DNA of 64,000 nt, taken from the NCBI GenBank assembly GCA_001179505.1, contig CDMY01000277.1, forward strand, positions 75,707 to 139,706, read 5' to 3'. The notes beneath the pieces were generated by a model. It had not been told where the DNA came from and did no database searches. It saw only the letters and a list, made by a program, of their open reading frames with translations. The translations under genes and the position numbers were made by a program. Numbering within the stretch: the stretch's first letter is position 1; each line of letters opens with the position of its first letter. This document shows, one piece after another, positions 44,201 through 57,400 of the stretch. This DNA is from Vitrella brassicaformis CCMP3155 (lineage: Eukaryota > Protista > Chromerida).

Positions 44201-47200
44201 CAGATGGAGAGACATACACACACGGGCATGTGACATACTTGAATGATGTGCCTTGGCCAGTCTATATGACGCACCTGTGGACCGACGCGCGAGGCAAAGT
44301 GGACGACCTGAGAGAGAAAGAGATCAGCACGACACCCACAAGTGCACCCGGATGCCAATTGAGCTGTGGTCAAGAGAGCGGACCTTTGCGAGAGCACGGT
44401 TGCCGCGAATATGACGGCGAGGATAAGCACGTAGAGGAAGATGGAGAGCAGCACGTTCAAGGCCTTGTTGTTGCATTTCCGGCACAGCCCTAACGACGTT
44501 CCCACACTCCGCCACCCCCTTTTGCACGACCCACAGAGATGCCCCTCATGTCCCTCCTGCACACACACACACGAGGCGACACGATGCGTGCAGAGCCGTC
44601 ATGTGTGTCCCTCTCCCTCCCTATCTCACCTTGCACTTGTTCAGCTTTTCGACCATCGTGTTGTTGTGCCGCACGGACCCCTCACATGCTTCAGGGATCG
44701 GACATTCCACCAATACGGGGCTTGACGTCACGTATGCGTCATACCTGAACAAACGAATCACAAGAGCAACCCCAGAGTGGCCGAAGAGTGGGCCGACATG
44801 TGCACATGCCTACGTCGAGATTGTCAGCAGCAGCTCTAGTGAGCGATTCGGGGCTGTGGGCTCGCCGGCTGTCTCGTAGATGGCGGACAGGTTTATCCCC
44901 CGCACCATGGCCAGGTGCCCGAGCTCGAGCGGCTGATTGCCGCCCTCCAGCACCGCACGCACTGTGGCAGACGGACCCACTGCCCCGATGCACTTGACGT
45001 CCTTGATCGGCAGAAGAGGCACCGTAAGGTTGACCTTAGTCTCCAGCTCGAAGTACCCCTCGTTCACCATGAAGGCGGCGTGGTAGCCATGAGTGGAGTC
45101 GTCGGCATAGTCAGGCCCACATGGAGCATCTTCTTCTCTGACCCCTTTTGGCAATGGATGGCACTGATTATCTGCACGTTTCCTGGACAATGAGACATGC
45201 ACAAGGGATGTGAGGGTCAACGTGTTTGTTGCTGTTTTTGTCTTACAGGTAGAATCCCTTGTCGCAGAAGCAGTCCTCCCCCTTCGTAGTAGCCCTTAGG
45301 CTGGTGAAGTGTTTGGGGCACTTCTTGCAGCTGGCGTCGTTGCCTTCGGTGTCCTTGTACGTGCCGGCCGGGCATTCGCGACATTTCTTGTCCTTGAGAT
45401 CGTAAACCCAGCCCGTGGCACATTCGCATGCCGTCCCGTTATTCGTAGCAACTGTAACCAACACAGGACAACAACGAAACCAGAAAGCATCTCGATGACC
45501 GCGTCCGTTCATTCATCGGTATCCCCCTCACTCACTCACCAGATCCCTCAGGACACTCCTGGCAATCAACCCAGCCCTTTTCCCGAATCGTGACTTGGCC
45601 TTGGGGGCATTCGGTGCAGTCGAGGCCCTTGCCCTCATAGCCGTCCTGGCAGCGGCACAGCACTTCCTCCTTCACCGTCACGTCGAGGTCGATCTGCTGC
45701 AGGTAAGGGCATATTTTGGTGCACTCGACGCCTGTTATGTTGTTCTCCTCATAGGGGCGATAGCCGTTAATGTCGGCCGTGAGATGAGCCTCGCCGTCCC
45801 AGCCCGCCTCCAAGAACAGCTGTTCGTGCTCCTCACAAGTCTTGTTGTCATGCTCCTGGATCTGAGCATTCACACACACACACACGTGTACACATACACG
45901 CCGGTTTTAAGCAGTGCCTGTACTCTGTCTGCAGCGCACCTCTTCCATCCGAAGATCGGGGTTGAGGGTAAAGTTGGCGCGATACATCTTGATCCAGTTG
46001 TGGCGTGCGTCCCATCGTCGCTGCATTGGTTGAACGGTCATGTCGATCGAAGTCAGACTGTTATTGGCCAGGTTCAGGAACACCAAGGACGTGGGTATCA
46101 CATCCCTATGCAAAAACAACCAGCCAGGAATAGCGAGATGTATCAACGCCGCATCTCGCCACAGCTCTCTTTGTGTCGTGCTTTGCTTACACTCCCTCCC
46201 TGATCTCCTGTATGGAATTGTTCTTGAGGTTTAGAAGCTGCAGCTGTTCGAAGCCCTTCTTGACGCCCAGGCTGGTGTTGAGAGTGAGGTTTTTCATGAC
46301 GTCATCCAGAGTGACTACGTCGTTAAGGGTCTCCACATCCACCACATGTTCGTCAGGGTCGAAGTCATCCACCACAGGCTCATCACTCGGGTTTGGATCC
46401 ACCATGCTCATATTCGTGGCGTTCTCCGTCAGCCCATAGGCAGCCATGAACGATTTCTTGAACCGCCGGAATGGTGGCGTGTCGAGTAGCCCTGTCCGCA
46501 GAACCTCGTCCATATCAATCGCGTTCACCCCGTCAGGCGTGAGGGCGCCGTGCAGACCGTTGCTCTCGCCAAAGATGGCATGGATGTAGTCGTTGTATTT
46601 CCAAGGCATCAGGAACTCATCAGCCGTGACGTTGATCTGGTTGCCGCGAAGCGAAAGATACCGGATGGTTGGCCAGTAGGGCGGGGGGTTCTGCACAGAC
46701 ACGTACACAGCGGACGTCTCATGGCAGTTTGCGCGCGGTGTGAATGCACCTACCTTGAGGATCTGGGCAACAATGCGGGCTGACGGACTTGGGCCTGAAC
46801 AGACAGACAGACAGACGGACAGACGGACAGACATGTTGACGGGTCGCTCCGGCTCGCTCCTGCTCTCTGGCAGCGTCCTGCCTTGACTCGTCTCCCTCAC
46901 TGGTGAGTCGAGTGTGAAGTCCAGGGTCGTGTATTCCCCATCCCGAGCCGATACTCTTGATGTGATTGCAACTCAAGAACAGCCGCCGCACTGCAAACAC
47001 ATTCACATACATGAAAACCACACCGACTCCCCATCCCTCCCCCCTTCCCACCCTCCCTCGTGCCCGCGTGTGTAGTACCTGTCTTAATCCGCCGCCAATT
47101 GGGCGGGATCCGCGGCAGCTTGTTGTTGGATGCGTCCAGATGCACAAGCCTGAAATGATGCACAAAACAAGCCGATTTCAGCCAGCCATCGGTGTCGCCT

Positions 47201-48956
47201 TCCTTCCTTCAGACACTTACGCAGGTGGAATCTCCCATGTCCCGCCTTCCCAGCCCGTAAAGTTGTTCCGCCCCAGCCGCAGCGTGTGCAGACCGTCCAG
47301 CTTGCTGATCCACGCGGGGATGAGTCCTGTGAAGTTGTTGCTCTCCAGCTCGAGCGTGGTCAGGTTCTGCAGGGCCTCGAGAGTGGCAGGCAGCTCGGAT
47401 AGATTGGTCCTGCGAAAGATGAGTTCCCTCAGCGACTTCAGATTGTTGAACGAGTCGGGGATCGGGCCAGTTATATTCTGACGAAGACAGCAACGCACGA
47501 TCAAAAAGGAATGAACGCACCAGGGGCGCCCGAGTGAATCGATTGTTGCTGTCTGCCTGACCGGTGAGCCGACGATCTCAAACTCTTCCAGTTTCGTGTT
47601 GGTGCCGTAGAATGGAGGGATGGGCCCCCTGATGTCTCTGCACTCTTGAAGTCGGAAGACAGTGAGGTTCTTCTGCAGCTTGAGAGCAGGGAGCGGGCCC
47701 TCAACGCCAGAGTTCCTGATATCCACTTCCTCAAGCTCCTGGCAGTGATCGAAGGACCCAGTCAGGCGGCCCGTGATGTTCTCGCCTGCCAGCCTCAAGA
47801 CGCGCAACGTTCTGCAGGGAGCGGGCCCAGTAGGGCCGTGGTTGAAGAGCGACTGCATGGTGAAATCGAGGTTGGTCTTTATCAGGCTGAGGGACTCCAG
47901 TGACGTGGTGAAGAGCTCGTGAAAGGAGGGCGGCAGGGTGCCATTGATCGGGGTCTCGTCAATGTAGATGCCGCGGAGGAGCTTCAGCGACGTTATGTTG
48001 TTGGGAAGGGGGCCACTGATATGGGGACACCGGTCGATATAGAGCACGCGAAGACCGCCCGTACAATTCCGTTCCCCACTTGATGGTTCTGAGCAACTGG
48101 CCTCGAGATTGCCGATCTTCTCGGAGAGTGTGCCTTCGATTGGCGCATTCATCAGGACGACGCCCAGGAGGCCTTTCAGCTCGTATAAGGAATCGTTCAA
48201 TGGTGAGCCACCAGGGGGGAACTTCAGCTGCGTCTGGTACACGGGGTCGATGATCACAAAGTATCCCTCCACAAGATCAGGCAAGTCCGTCAGGAGATGC
48301 TCGGGTCCCCGCTCACCTCGCCGATCTACTCGTATGCAGACCATGAAGGGGAGCTCACAGACGGGGAATTGAGCGGGCACGTCGCTAGCCTTGATGTTCA
48401 TGCTCTTGATGAAGTTCCTCAGAGGTTCTTTGGCGTCCTCGTCGCACACGTCGCAGCCCTCGCGGACCAGCTGTATCTTCTCGGGAGGAGCCATCCGGTC
48501 GCTCATCGCGTGGTACCTCCACAGCAGCTGGATCTTGGATCGGATGATAGACTGCATTGGCCTCGGCGAGCCAGAGGGGGTGCCGTCGAACCAGTCCGTG
48601 TAATTGTACGTCTTATTGGCCCCTCCACCAGCATCTGGGGGTCGAGATGTGGGCCAGCTGTCATCGGGCACCTGCAGACGCCGGTGTGGCGGCACGTAGA
48701 AAGGGTCCGGTCCTTCCCGAGCTTCAGAGAGGGATCGATAGTAGGGATCGTCATCCAACGTGTCGTCACCATCGCCACCATCACGATAGGGAAAGGAAGG
48801 GTCGCGGGAGGACGCAGCTGGTCGCTCCGGGGAGCGTCCAAGGGCAAAACCAAGACTTCGAGCCCCATCGGTGGCGCTGGATCTGGCCGAGAGGGTCGAC
48901 AGAAGAAGAACGGAGAGCAGTGAGGCGCCAGAAAAAGAAGGACGGGTCATTGTCAT
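41210..48956 (-). CDS. Large surface receptor: signal peptide, plant-RLK-type LRRs, GCC2/GCC3 (ephrin-receptor-like) Cys repeats, about 9 TM helices, disordered tail (CRMP-like)
   Basis: LRRs such as LTTLELESNNFTGLIPAWISKLDGL and LRVLRLAGENITG. Cys modules CRECPAGTYKDTEGNDASCKKCP and CQEGHEGHLCGSC. TM block contains IKIALNHF, DTSIECY, MFGFLYNGYRRSYYFYDAVFALRR and IKPFD..LLNRME. Confidence 0.82.
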
Positions 48957-49053
48957 CAGATCAGGGTCCAGAACAGCACAGTAGTACCTCCCCTCCCCTA
49001 GCGGACCCAAGACGTGACGAGCGAACTGTTCTCCTCTCTCCGGATCGCATCAC

Positions 49054-49062
49054 AGCTCGCAA
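49054..49062 (-). promoter_or_regulatory. Candidate promoter motif TTGCGAGCT (LRR receptor / Deltex)
   Basis: Reads AGCTCGCAA on the + strand, inside the 211-bp divergent spacer. Confidence 0.55.
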
Positions 49063-49167
49063 ATGCTTCGAGGCGGAGCCGTGGCTTCCATGCTTGTGAG
49101 CTGAGCTGAGGCGGCTGTGTGGAGTAGTCAGCATCCACATCGCACCGGAAAGGTTGAATCGGACGAG

Positions 49168-52041
49168 ATGGCGTCTGTTCTCCAGGGAATATCGCTCGGT
49201 GAGTGAGAAGGGCACACACTGGCGTCCGCAGCACGCCGCACCCTCTGGATGCGTTTGTGTCGCTTTCCATATCTGTCGTCCGTGCTCGTTGGTTGGTTGG
49301 TTGGTTCAGTGACGAAGGGAGCTCCCGAGTTCTTCATCTGGGAGTGGGAGCTTCAGGCCGGTGTGTGGATATGCTACGACCCCCACATCATCGCCCAGAT
49401 AGCCGACCACCGGCTGTTCGACCTCCACCTGGTGCCGGTGGAGATCAACGGGGTCTTCTACGAGATCGACCTCGAGCGCATGGTGCAGCGCCGGCGGGAC
49501 ACCGGGGCCGTCAAGAAGGTCAGGGAGGTCCGCCTGGGAGGCAGCTGGGTCCTTAAGGGCGGCGCGGGGGAGAAGATCGTATCGCCGCAGAGAGCGGGGG
49601 TCGTCGAGGCCTACAGGAGGATGGGTATGCGGAGAGGGGAGGGAGAGATCGAAATGGGCATATGTGTATATGACTCTGTGTGTGTATGGGTGTGTCAGGT
49701 CCGGGTCGTGATTCGTTTGACATGATGACGATGTTCGCCAACGACAGCTACCCGCCCCGCAAGCTGCACATCAGCATGCAGACGCACACCTGGACGGACA
49801 AGCTCTCCCCCTCCATCCACGGCACCATCGAGCGCCGCCTCAGAACCCCACTCCCCCTCCCCATCCGCATACTCAACCCGGCACTCTGGGTGCCAAAGCG
49901 GTTCCTGCAGCTGGGCCGCCCGTCGTGCGGCAGCGGCGCCAGCAGCACCGACGCCGACCCCCTGGTCGCATTCGCCCTCTCCCTCCCGCCCTTCCCCGAG
50001 TCGACGGGCTTCACCGACTGGCGGTACATGCCGCACGAGCCCGATTGGCAGCGGCTGGCGTCGCCGCCCGCCCTGGGTGTACCGGGCCACTACGCGTGGC
50101 ACCACCCGATCGTCTACTGCCTGGCGTATGGGGCCCACTCGTACCAGGCCAGAGAGGAGACCGTTGACGTCAACGACCTGCTGCCCGGCACTCTGCTGCG
50201 GCTGGACGCCCGCACCGAGAAGAGAGACAAGACAGAGGGGGAGGGAGGGGCAGGGGGAGGGGAAGGTGGAGGGGGGCATGATGACCATCATCATGACCAC
50301 GAGTGCCGCATCTGCAGCGAGCGGATGGATGGCGTGCGGGTGGTGTGCCCGTCGTGTCGGTTCGAGTACTGCGAGGGGTGTCTGGTGGGGTGGCTGCGCA
50401 AGAAGGACCCCATGAGCTTCGGCAAGGGATGCCCGCAATGCAAGAAACCCATCGCCAACTGCAGAGGACCGCAGCCGTCAGGTAACTGGGCGGGCGGGCG
50501 AGAAGGGGGGAAGCGGCAACACATGGATGCATCTGTGTCTCTCTGTGTGCTGTGTCAGGTTGGTGTGAGTGGTGGGTTTTCCCCCCCGGCTATCTGCCCG
50601 TGCCGGGATACGAGCGCCACCCCACCATCCTACTCGTGAGCATCCCTCACTCCATTCGTCCACAGTGTGTTTCTCGTGTGTGTGCGTGTGTGTGTGTGTG
50701 TGTAGAATTACGACTTTCCTGACGGCGAGCAGTTGGGTGTGCACCGCCACCCAGGAGCGCCGTTCCGCGGCGACCAGCGCGTGGGCTTTTTCCCCTACTG
50801 CCCACAGGGGGCCGCACTCCTGCAGATGTTTGTGAGGTGCTTCCTTGCCGTACGTCAGACACACCGCACCAGACACAAAGCTTTGGAGAGGCGGAGGGCG
50901 CATGTGTGATGTGTGTGTGCTTGTATGTGTGTGTAGGGTCGCATGTTTACTGTGAGCACGAGCCTGACTACCGGGGAGGAGAACACACTCGTGTGGGGCG
51001 GCGTGCACCACAAGACCAGCCTCGACTACGGTAGGGTGGGCATGTGTTAACCTAACCGACACACAAGAGAGACACTGACGTACCATGTGAATCGCATTTA
51101 TCGTCGTGTGTGTGTTTGATCGACCGATCAGCTGCCCCCCATGGCTACCCAGACGAGAGCTACTTCCACAGAGCCACACGTGAGCCACACACAGACAGCA
51201 CGCACCTGTGTGATCGGCTCACCGATCCCCTCCCTCCTTGTGTGTCGTGTGTGTGTGTGTGTGTAGATGAGTTGCGCGACCGCGGGATCATCCCCACGGC
51301 GATTGAGCAGACACTGCTGGATGGCGACCCCACGCCACTGGGCACGCGACACTACAGCAAACCGCCACTCGTCAAGTACGGGGGCATCCCACACCGCCCC
51401 ACCGCAATCAAACACTCTGTGTGTCCTTCCTTTGTCCCTGCTTGCAACACACCTCGCACAGGTTGGTGCCTCCCCGTTCGCCAGCATCGCGTCCGTCGTG
51501 TCACCACCCGCGGCCTGCCAGCTACTACAGCAACACCAACAGCACCAACAGTGACTCCCAACAGGCCGACCACCAGGCCACACCCACCACAACGCCCCCA
51601 CAGGCAGCGCCGCCACCTGCAGCAGCAGCAGCGGCAACGCCCCCGCCCCTGCCGTCCCCCGCTCTCCTCGATGACGACGCCGAGCTTCGTCAGATGGCGC
51701 GAGAGATGAGGACCGACGGCACCTTGTCGTTCGCCACAGACCATCACCAGCATCACCAGCACCACCAGGACATCAACATCATCCCGGTACTGGTGGCGAA
51801 CGGCCACGGCCATGGCCATGGCCACGGCTTGCGGCCCTACCGGTCGGTGAGCGACGAGAGCCCCACAGGCGGTGTGCACGGCGGCGATGGGGTGGACAAC
51901 GACCCTCTGTATGAGCTGCATCCCGTGCAGATGCCCAGGTCGTTCAGCGCCCCCGAGCTCAATGCTGCTGCCGATGTTGCAGAGGGGGAGGGTGGCGAGG
52001 AGGAGGAGGTGGTTGAGGATGTGGTTACTGACTACTGGTGA
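49168..52041 (+). CDS. DTX: Deltex-type E3 ubiquitin ligase (WWE, RING, DTC)
   Basis: WWE: FIWEW..WICYD..FYEIDLERMVQRRRDTG..VR. RING: CRIC..CPSC..YCEGC..CPQCK. DTC: GPQPSG..HPGAPFRGDQRVGFFP..G|RMFTVSTSLTTGEENTLVWGGVHHKT..PHGYPDESY..DELRDRGI. Confidence 0.88.
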
Positions 52042-54427
52042 CTGACTGAGTATCGGTGAAGATGGAGGGGAGAGGCCGTTGCTTCTCAATAATTCGTTTC
52101 TTTGTCTGCTGGGTGGGTGGGTGAGTGGGTGTGGAGGGTTGCGTGTTGCGTGTCCTGCCTGCGGGATTTATTGGTCGATGGCCCGTGGATGTCAATCTGT
52201 GTGTGTGTGTGCATGGGCCACACGGGCGTGTGGATGTGTGTGCGTGAGCATGTGTGTGTGTGTGTGTGTGTGTGTATGAGTGTGCGTGTGCGGGTGTTGC
52301 GTGCGGGACCCTGCCAACCAACATGGTCATCAACCACATTCTCTCTCTCGCCGGTCTGTCTGTCGGTCTGTCTATCTGTCTGGTAGTCTCCACCCATCAA
52401 CACACGCATACACACGTCTCTGTGTGTGAGCATCTTTCCCTCTCTGTCTCTCTGCGCGTCGTGGTGCATACAACTAAACCCGTCGGGCACGTGTGTGTCA
52501 TTGTACACTGCGCCCAATGTAATGCGCCCCATCGGTGAGGAGTGTGTGCAGATGATGGGATGGATGGATGGCACTCAGCAACAGGCAGGCAGGCAGGCAG
52601 GAAGTGGCCGACCGACATGGTGCCATAACCGACAGGCACGGCCACAGGCACCAGCGCTTGCACACCTCACACGCATCAAGCAGACAGACAGAAAGACAGA
52701 AAGACAGACAGACAGGAGACAGGCCACCTGTGTCGGTGAATCGATGGATGGATGCATAGATGGCTGGTTTGCTGCACCCATTGACAACAGCTTATCAGCC
52801 CTCACCCCCTCCCTCCGTAATGTACGCAACATGAACACGCAAGGCAACCAACCAGGCAGACAGGCAGACCAACCAGACCAAACCAAACCAACACGAGGCA
52901 GGCAAAAGGAAACAAATCAGTCACCAGCAGCCAACCAATCAGCCAACCAATCAACCGACCACCTGCAACTTCCCCTCGTGTCAGTAAGTACTCGTCCAGT
53001 GATGGCTTTGTGTGCATAGACTACACCAGTGGGTGGATGCATGGATGGATGCATGGATGGATGGAGGGATGGAGGGGTCACTGCACACATGAGGGGAGCA
53101 AGGGAGGGAGGGAGGGAGGGAGGGAGCGGAGCCGAGAGAGGCCGACGAAAAAAGAGAAAAAAGAAAGCTCATTCATTCATTTTGGAGAGCCAAGTAGGTT
53201 AAGCAAGCTACGTGTGGACGTATGCAGGCAGGAATTTGTGTGCGTGCGTGTGTGTGTGTTTCTTGCACGTGCGCCTCCGTCAGTCAGATATATGCGGGGG
53301 CCGCGCACATCACATCACGTGACGCACCGCACACACACTGGAGAATTACCGAGGATCATTGCCCGGAATACACACAACATCATGGAGACAGATAGACAGA
53401 CGTGACATGAACAACAACCGAGAGAAGGGATCGAAGGAATAATGGGAGCGGTAGAGGAGAGAGGAGATTGGCAGGCAGGCAGGCAGGCAGGCAGGCAGAG
53501 AGAGAGAGAGAGAGAGAGACTGGGAGGCATAAGATTGACACACAGACGGACAAGGAGCACACAAGCGGGCGAATAGGCGAGGCAGACAGACAGTCGATCA
53601 AATGTGCGACATATTTATGCAGGCGGTCGGTCTGTACAGACAGACAGACAGACAGACGGCCAAACAACAGACAGACAGACAGAGAGACAGACAGACAGAC
53701 AGACAGAGAGGGGGAGAGGCAAAGAACGAGAAAGAGAAATAGGCATCAGCATGATGGGTTCCGACGCAGGTGCACGTCGTACGTCACGTCCCATCACATA
53801 TATATCCTCATATCTGTTGACCGTCAAAACCAGGCAGCCAGGCCGTATACACTAGACAGTTGCGGACACACGCAATTTGTACAGAAAACACCTTCACACA
53901 CATACACACATGTACACACAGCCGTCCGGTTTGTGGACCCAAAGAGAATGTCTTGACTAGCTCATTGACACGCCCATCCCACAGGCACACCGGCCCAGCC
54001 ACTGGTATAGACACACTTGCACACACTGGCCCGCTCGCTCGCTCGCTCCCCGGCATGTAGAAGCATACAAACAGACAGGCAGACAGGGTCGTGTACATGG
54101 TGTATGTGATGTGGCTATGGTTGGTGTGACCGCTGAACAAAATACTTCTCCCCTCCTCCCTCCTCCCCCTTCGCTGCAGCGACCCCCCCACCGACCGACC
54201 GACCGACCGACTGGACTGATCCCCTTTCTCACTCATTCACTCATCCATCCATCCATCCATCCACTCACTCATGGTGTAACGGTATATGCGCACTTATATA
54301 GGTATAACGCAGACGGGATCAGTCAACTGTAGACACACACACACACACGGCCGTACCACATTGCAGCCCGCCGCCTCGCCCCCAGTACGCACCCAACCCA
54401 CTTGGTCCTTCCTCACAGTTCGTTCGT

Positions 54428-57400
54428 TCACTCGCCCTCCGTGTAGCAGTCCTGGACACCGTCGTCCATTCCTCCCCTCCCCGACAGCGTGATGCTCTGC
54501 GCCTGCATGTGCACCCCAAGCCCCTCACAACTCGACCCGCCCACAGACACCACAGAAGCCATGCTCTCAGTCGCCGTCTGCTCAGGCGTCGTCATGTCGC
54601 TGCTGGTGGCTGTGGCTGTGGCTGTGGCTGTGGCGCTTGCAACGGCCCGCTTCTTGCTTCTCGGGGTGGCTTCCCTCATCTGCTGACTCAGCTCGTCTCC
54701 GGCCGTCTGCTGCTGAGCCTCCCTCAGCTCCCTTGGTGTGGGCTGCGGCTTCTCACGTGTCTTCTGCCTCAGCTCTCTTGGGTACTCGAGCGGGATGCTC
54801 ATGACGCTCCGTGTGGTGGTGGTGCCGTTGGAGTCGTTGCTGTCCTGCGTGTTGCTCCGTTGGTCTGTGTGGCGGTGGCAGTCGCTGCTCTCGTCGACGT
54901 CGCCCATCGTGTGGCGGCTCGCACAGGATGGCGTGGCAGCCGCAGACGCCCCTGACGCTTCCGCCTCTGCCGAGGCCCCCGATGCGGCCGCCTTGTCTTC
55001 GCTCGGACTCGGAACTGACCCGTGATACATGGAGGTGCTGCTCTCGTCCCCTTTGCTCAACGGCACCAAATCGCCCGGGCTAGTCATTTTCGCGGCGGTC
55101 TTGCAATGGGCCTGTCGCTGCTTGGGGGCGGGTGTTGACTCGAACGCCCGGGGCCACTTCCACTGCCAGGGGCGCTTCGGCACACAGGGGGAGTTGGAGT
55201 GGGGCACACTGGTACTAACATCCACGTGTTGCTGGTGCTGGTTGTGGCTGTGGCTGTGGTTGTGTTCGGGGGGGCTGGTGGCTAGCGTGTTGTCACGTCG
55301 TTTGGGCGGCTGGGGCGGCAGGCGGTGGGGCTCGTGCGGGTCGCCGTCACTTTGGCTCTGCTGCTCGGCAACAAAGGTCTCTTGCTGTGGCTGCTGTGGC
55401 TGCCGGCGGTTGTGGCTGTGCTGGCTTCCTTCGGGCCTTTCCCTGGTCTGGAGTCTTCTCGGCTCCTCTGTGCGGGATGTGTCGGGTGACGCTGGCGCGC
55501 CATCCAGCCCCCTCAGTGCTTGCCTGCTCCGGGTGCTGTGCAGCAACACGTTGAGATTGCCGTCCGCCGTCCGCTGCCGTTGGGGCGTGTTGAAGGCCTC
55601 CCCGCCGATGCCCTTGACGCGACACAGCAGCAGGCGAGCAGACACCACACAGCCGGCCAGCAGCAGGCAGGAGCAGACGGCGATCACGGCAAACATCCAC
55701 CCAGACAGACCGCCGATCCGCTCTGGCGGGGAGTCTCTGTTGGCCACGGGGGCCTCCTTGGCCCTTGCCGCCTTGGTGCTGCTCTCGGTGCTCGTCTTGT
55801 CCTCCCTGGCTTTGTGCCCTTGTCCAGGCTGCTCTTTCTGCGCCACGTTGTCGTCTTCCTCTGCTGGCGGTGGGGTGGTGGCGTCTTCTGCCGTCGCTGT
55901 CTCTGTGTCTGGCTGCCTTTGCCCATCCCCTTCGTCCGGTGTCTGCGACTCTTGGCCCTCCTGCTGTCGCTTCTGCTCCTCTTGGTGGAGAAGCTTTTCA
56001 AACGAGTTAGTGATGCTGGTCTTGGGCACCCGCACCACGGGCGATGCCGAGCTGTCGACGGCATAGGCACGATTGACGGCTGAGTCGGGATCGGCGAGGG
56101 CCTGGGACCAGGCAGCCACCAGCTGCTGCTTGCTCGTGTAGCGGCCGCCAGATATCACACTGCACACATGGGTGGGGTGTGTGGAGGACGGGAGACACCA
56201 CACAGTGGTTGGATTCGATGCATGTATTGTCTGGCTTGTGGGTGGGTGGGGTGTGGTTACTCAAACGCGACGACGACGGGGTGTGAGGTGACGTGGTGGA
56301 TCTTGATGTGGTTGGCGGGCACCCCCAGCGACTCGCCGATGGCCTGCTTCAGACCTGTCGCTGTGTCAAGCAGGTGTGGATGCTTCTGAAGGCGCAAACA
56401 CGCACACACCCAAGCACAGAAAAGAATGCTCCCCCGAGCGGCCCTTTGACGATGCACCCATCCACACCTACGCACCATGTCTTTGTCAGGTATGCCGACC
56501 TCCAGCCCCAGCAGCTCCACCATCTGCTCCCCCCGGCGCATGGCGTCGTCCGCCTCGCCAAAGGGCTTCACCGCCACATCATCCGCATGGTACACCCCAC
56601 CCCCCGCCAGGGCGTGCGCCCCCGCCGCCAGCTGCTCGCTCTCCTCGTTGACGGCGATGCTCTCGTCCGTCACGCCCGCATCCGTCAGCAAAGACCAGGG
56701 CTCCCCCCCGGTATCTAGTGACTCCTGCTGCTCCTCCTGCTGCTCCTGCTGCTGCTGCTCGGTGTTGGGTGGTATGACTGCCTTGTTGTTGGGGGGGTTG
56801 TTGTCGCCCTGGGCCTTTCGTCGGGTGAGGTCCACTTCTTCCTTTGGACCTGAACACACGAACACACAAACCCGCACCAAAGACGATCACGTGTATGCCC
56901 ATTTCGTCGCCTGGCTCTCCTACTCACCTGCAGACATGGCGGGAGCGACGACATAGTCATCACCGTCACCACTCGCAGGCTGGCCCTTTTCCTTGTCAAG
57001 GTCCGTCCATATGTCCCCATCGGCCCCCTTGCTCAGCACTTCCTTGTGCAGCGGGATGCGCCAGAGCTCCCCGATGCCGCTGACGTACAGGTGGCCGTCG
57101 GCGCCCACTTCCACGTTGGTCGGGCGGAAGCTGTCGCCCATGTGCAGGCGGCCCCACACGGATGCCCGGCCCTCTGGCGACTCGTCGATGTGAATAACGT
57201 AGACGCCTCCAGGGCCAGTGGCGAACGCCAGGCCGTTCGGGGCGATGGCGAGGCCGTCGATCGTGCCGTGAGAGCTGATGTAACAGGAATATGGATGTGC
57301 GTGTGTGCGTGTGTGCGTGTGTGCGTGTGTGCGTGTGTGGTGGTCTTCCATACTTGGGAGGCAAGATGGTGCTGAGTCTGTGTGGGTCGAGCAGCAGCCG

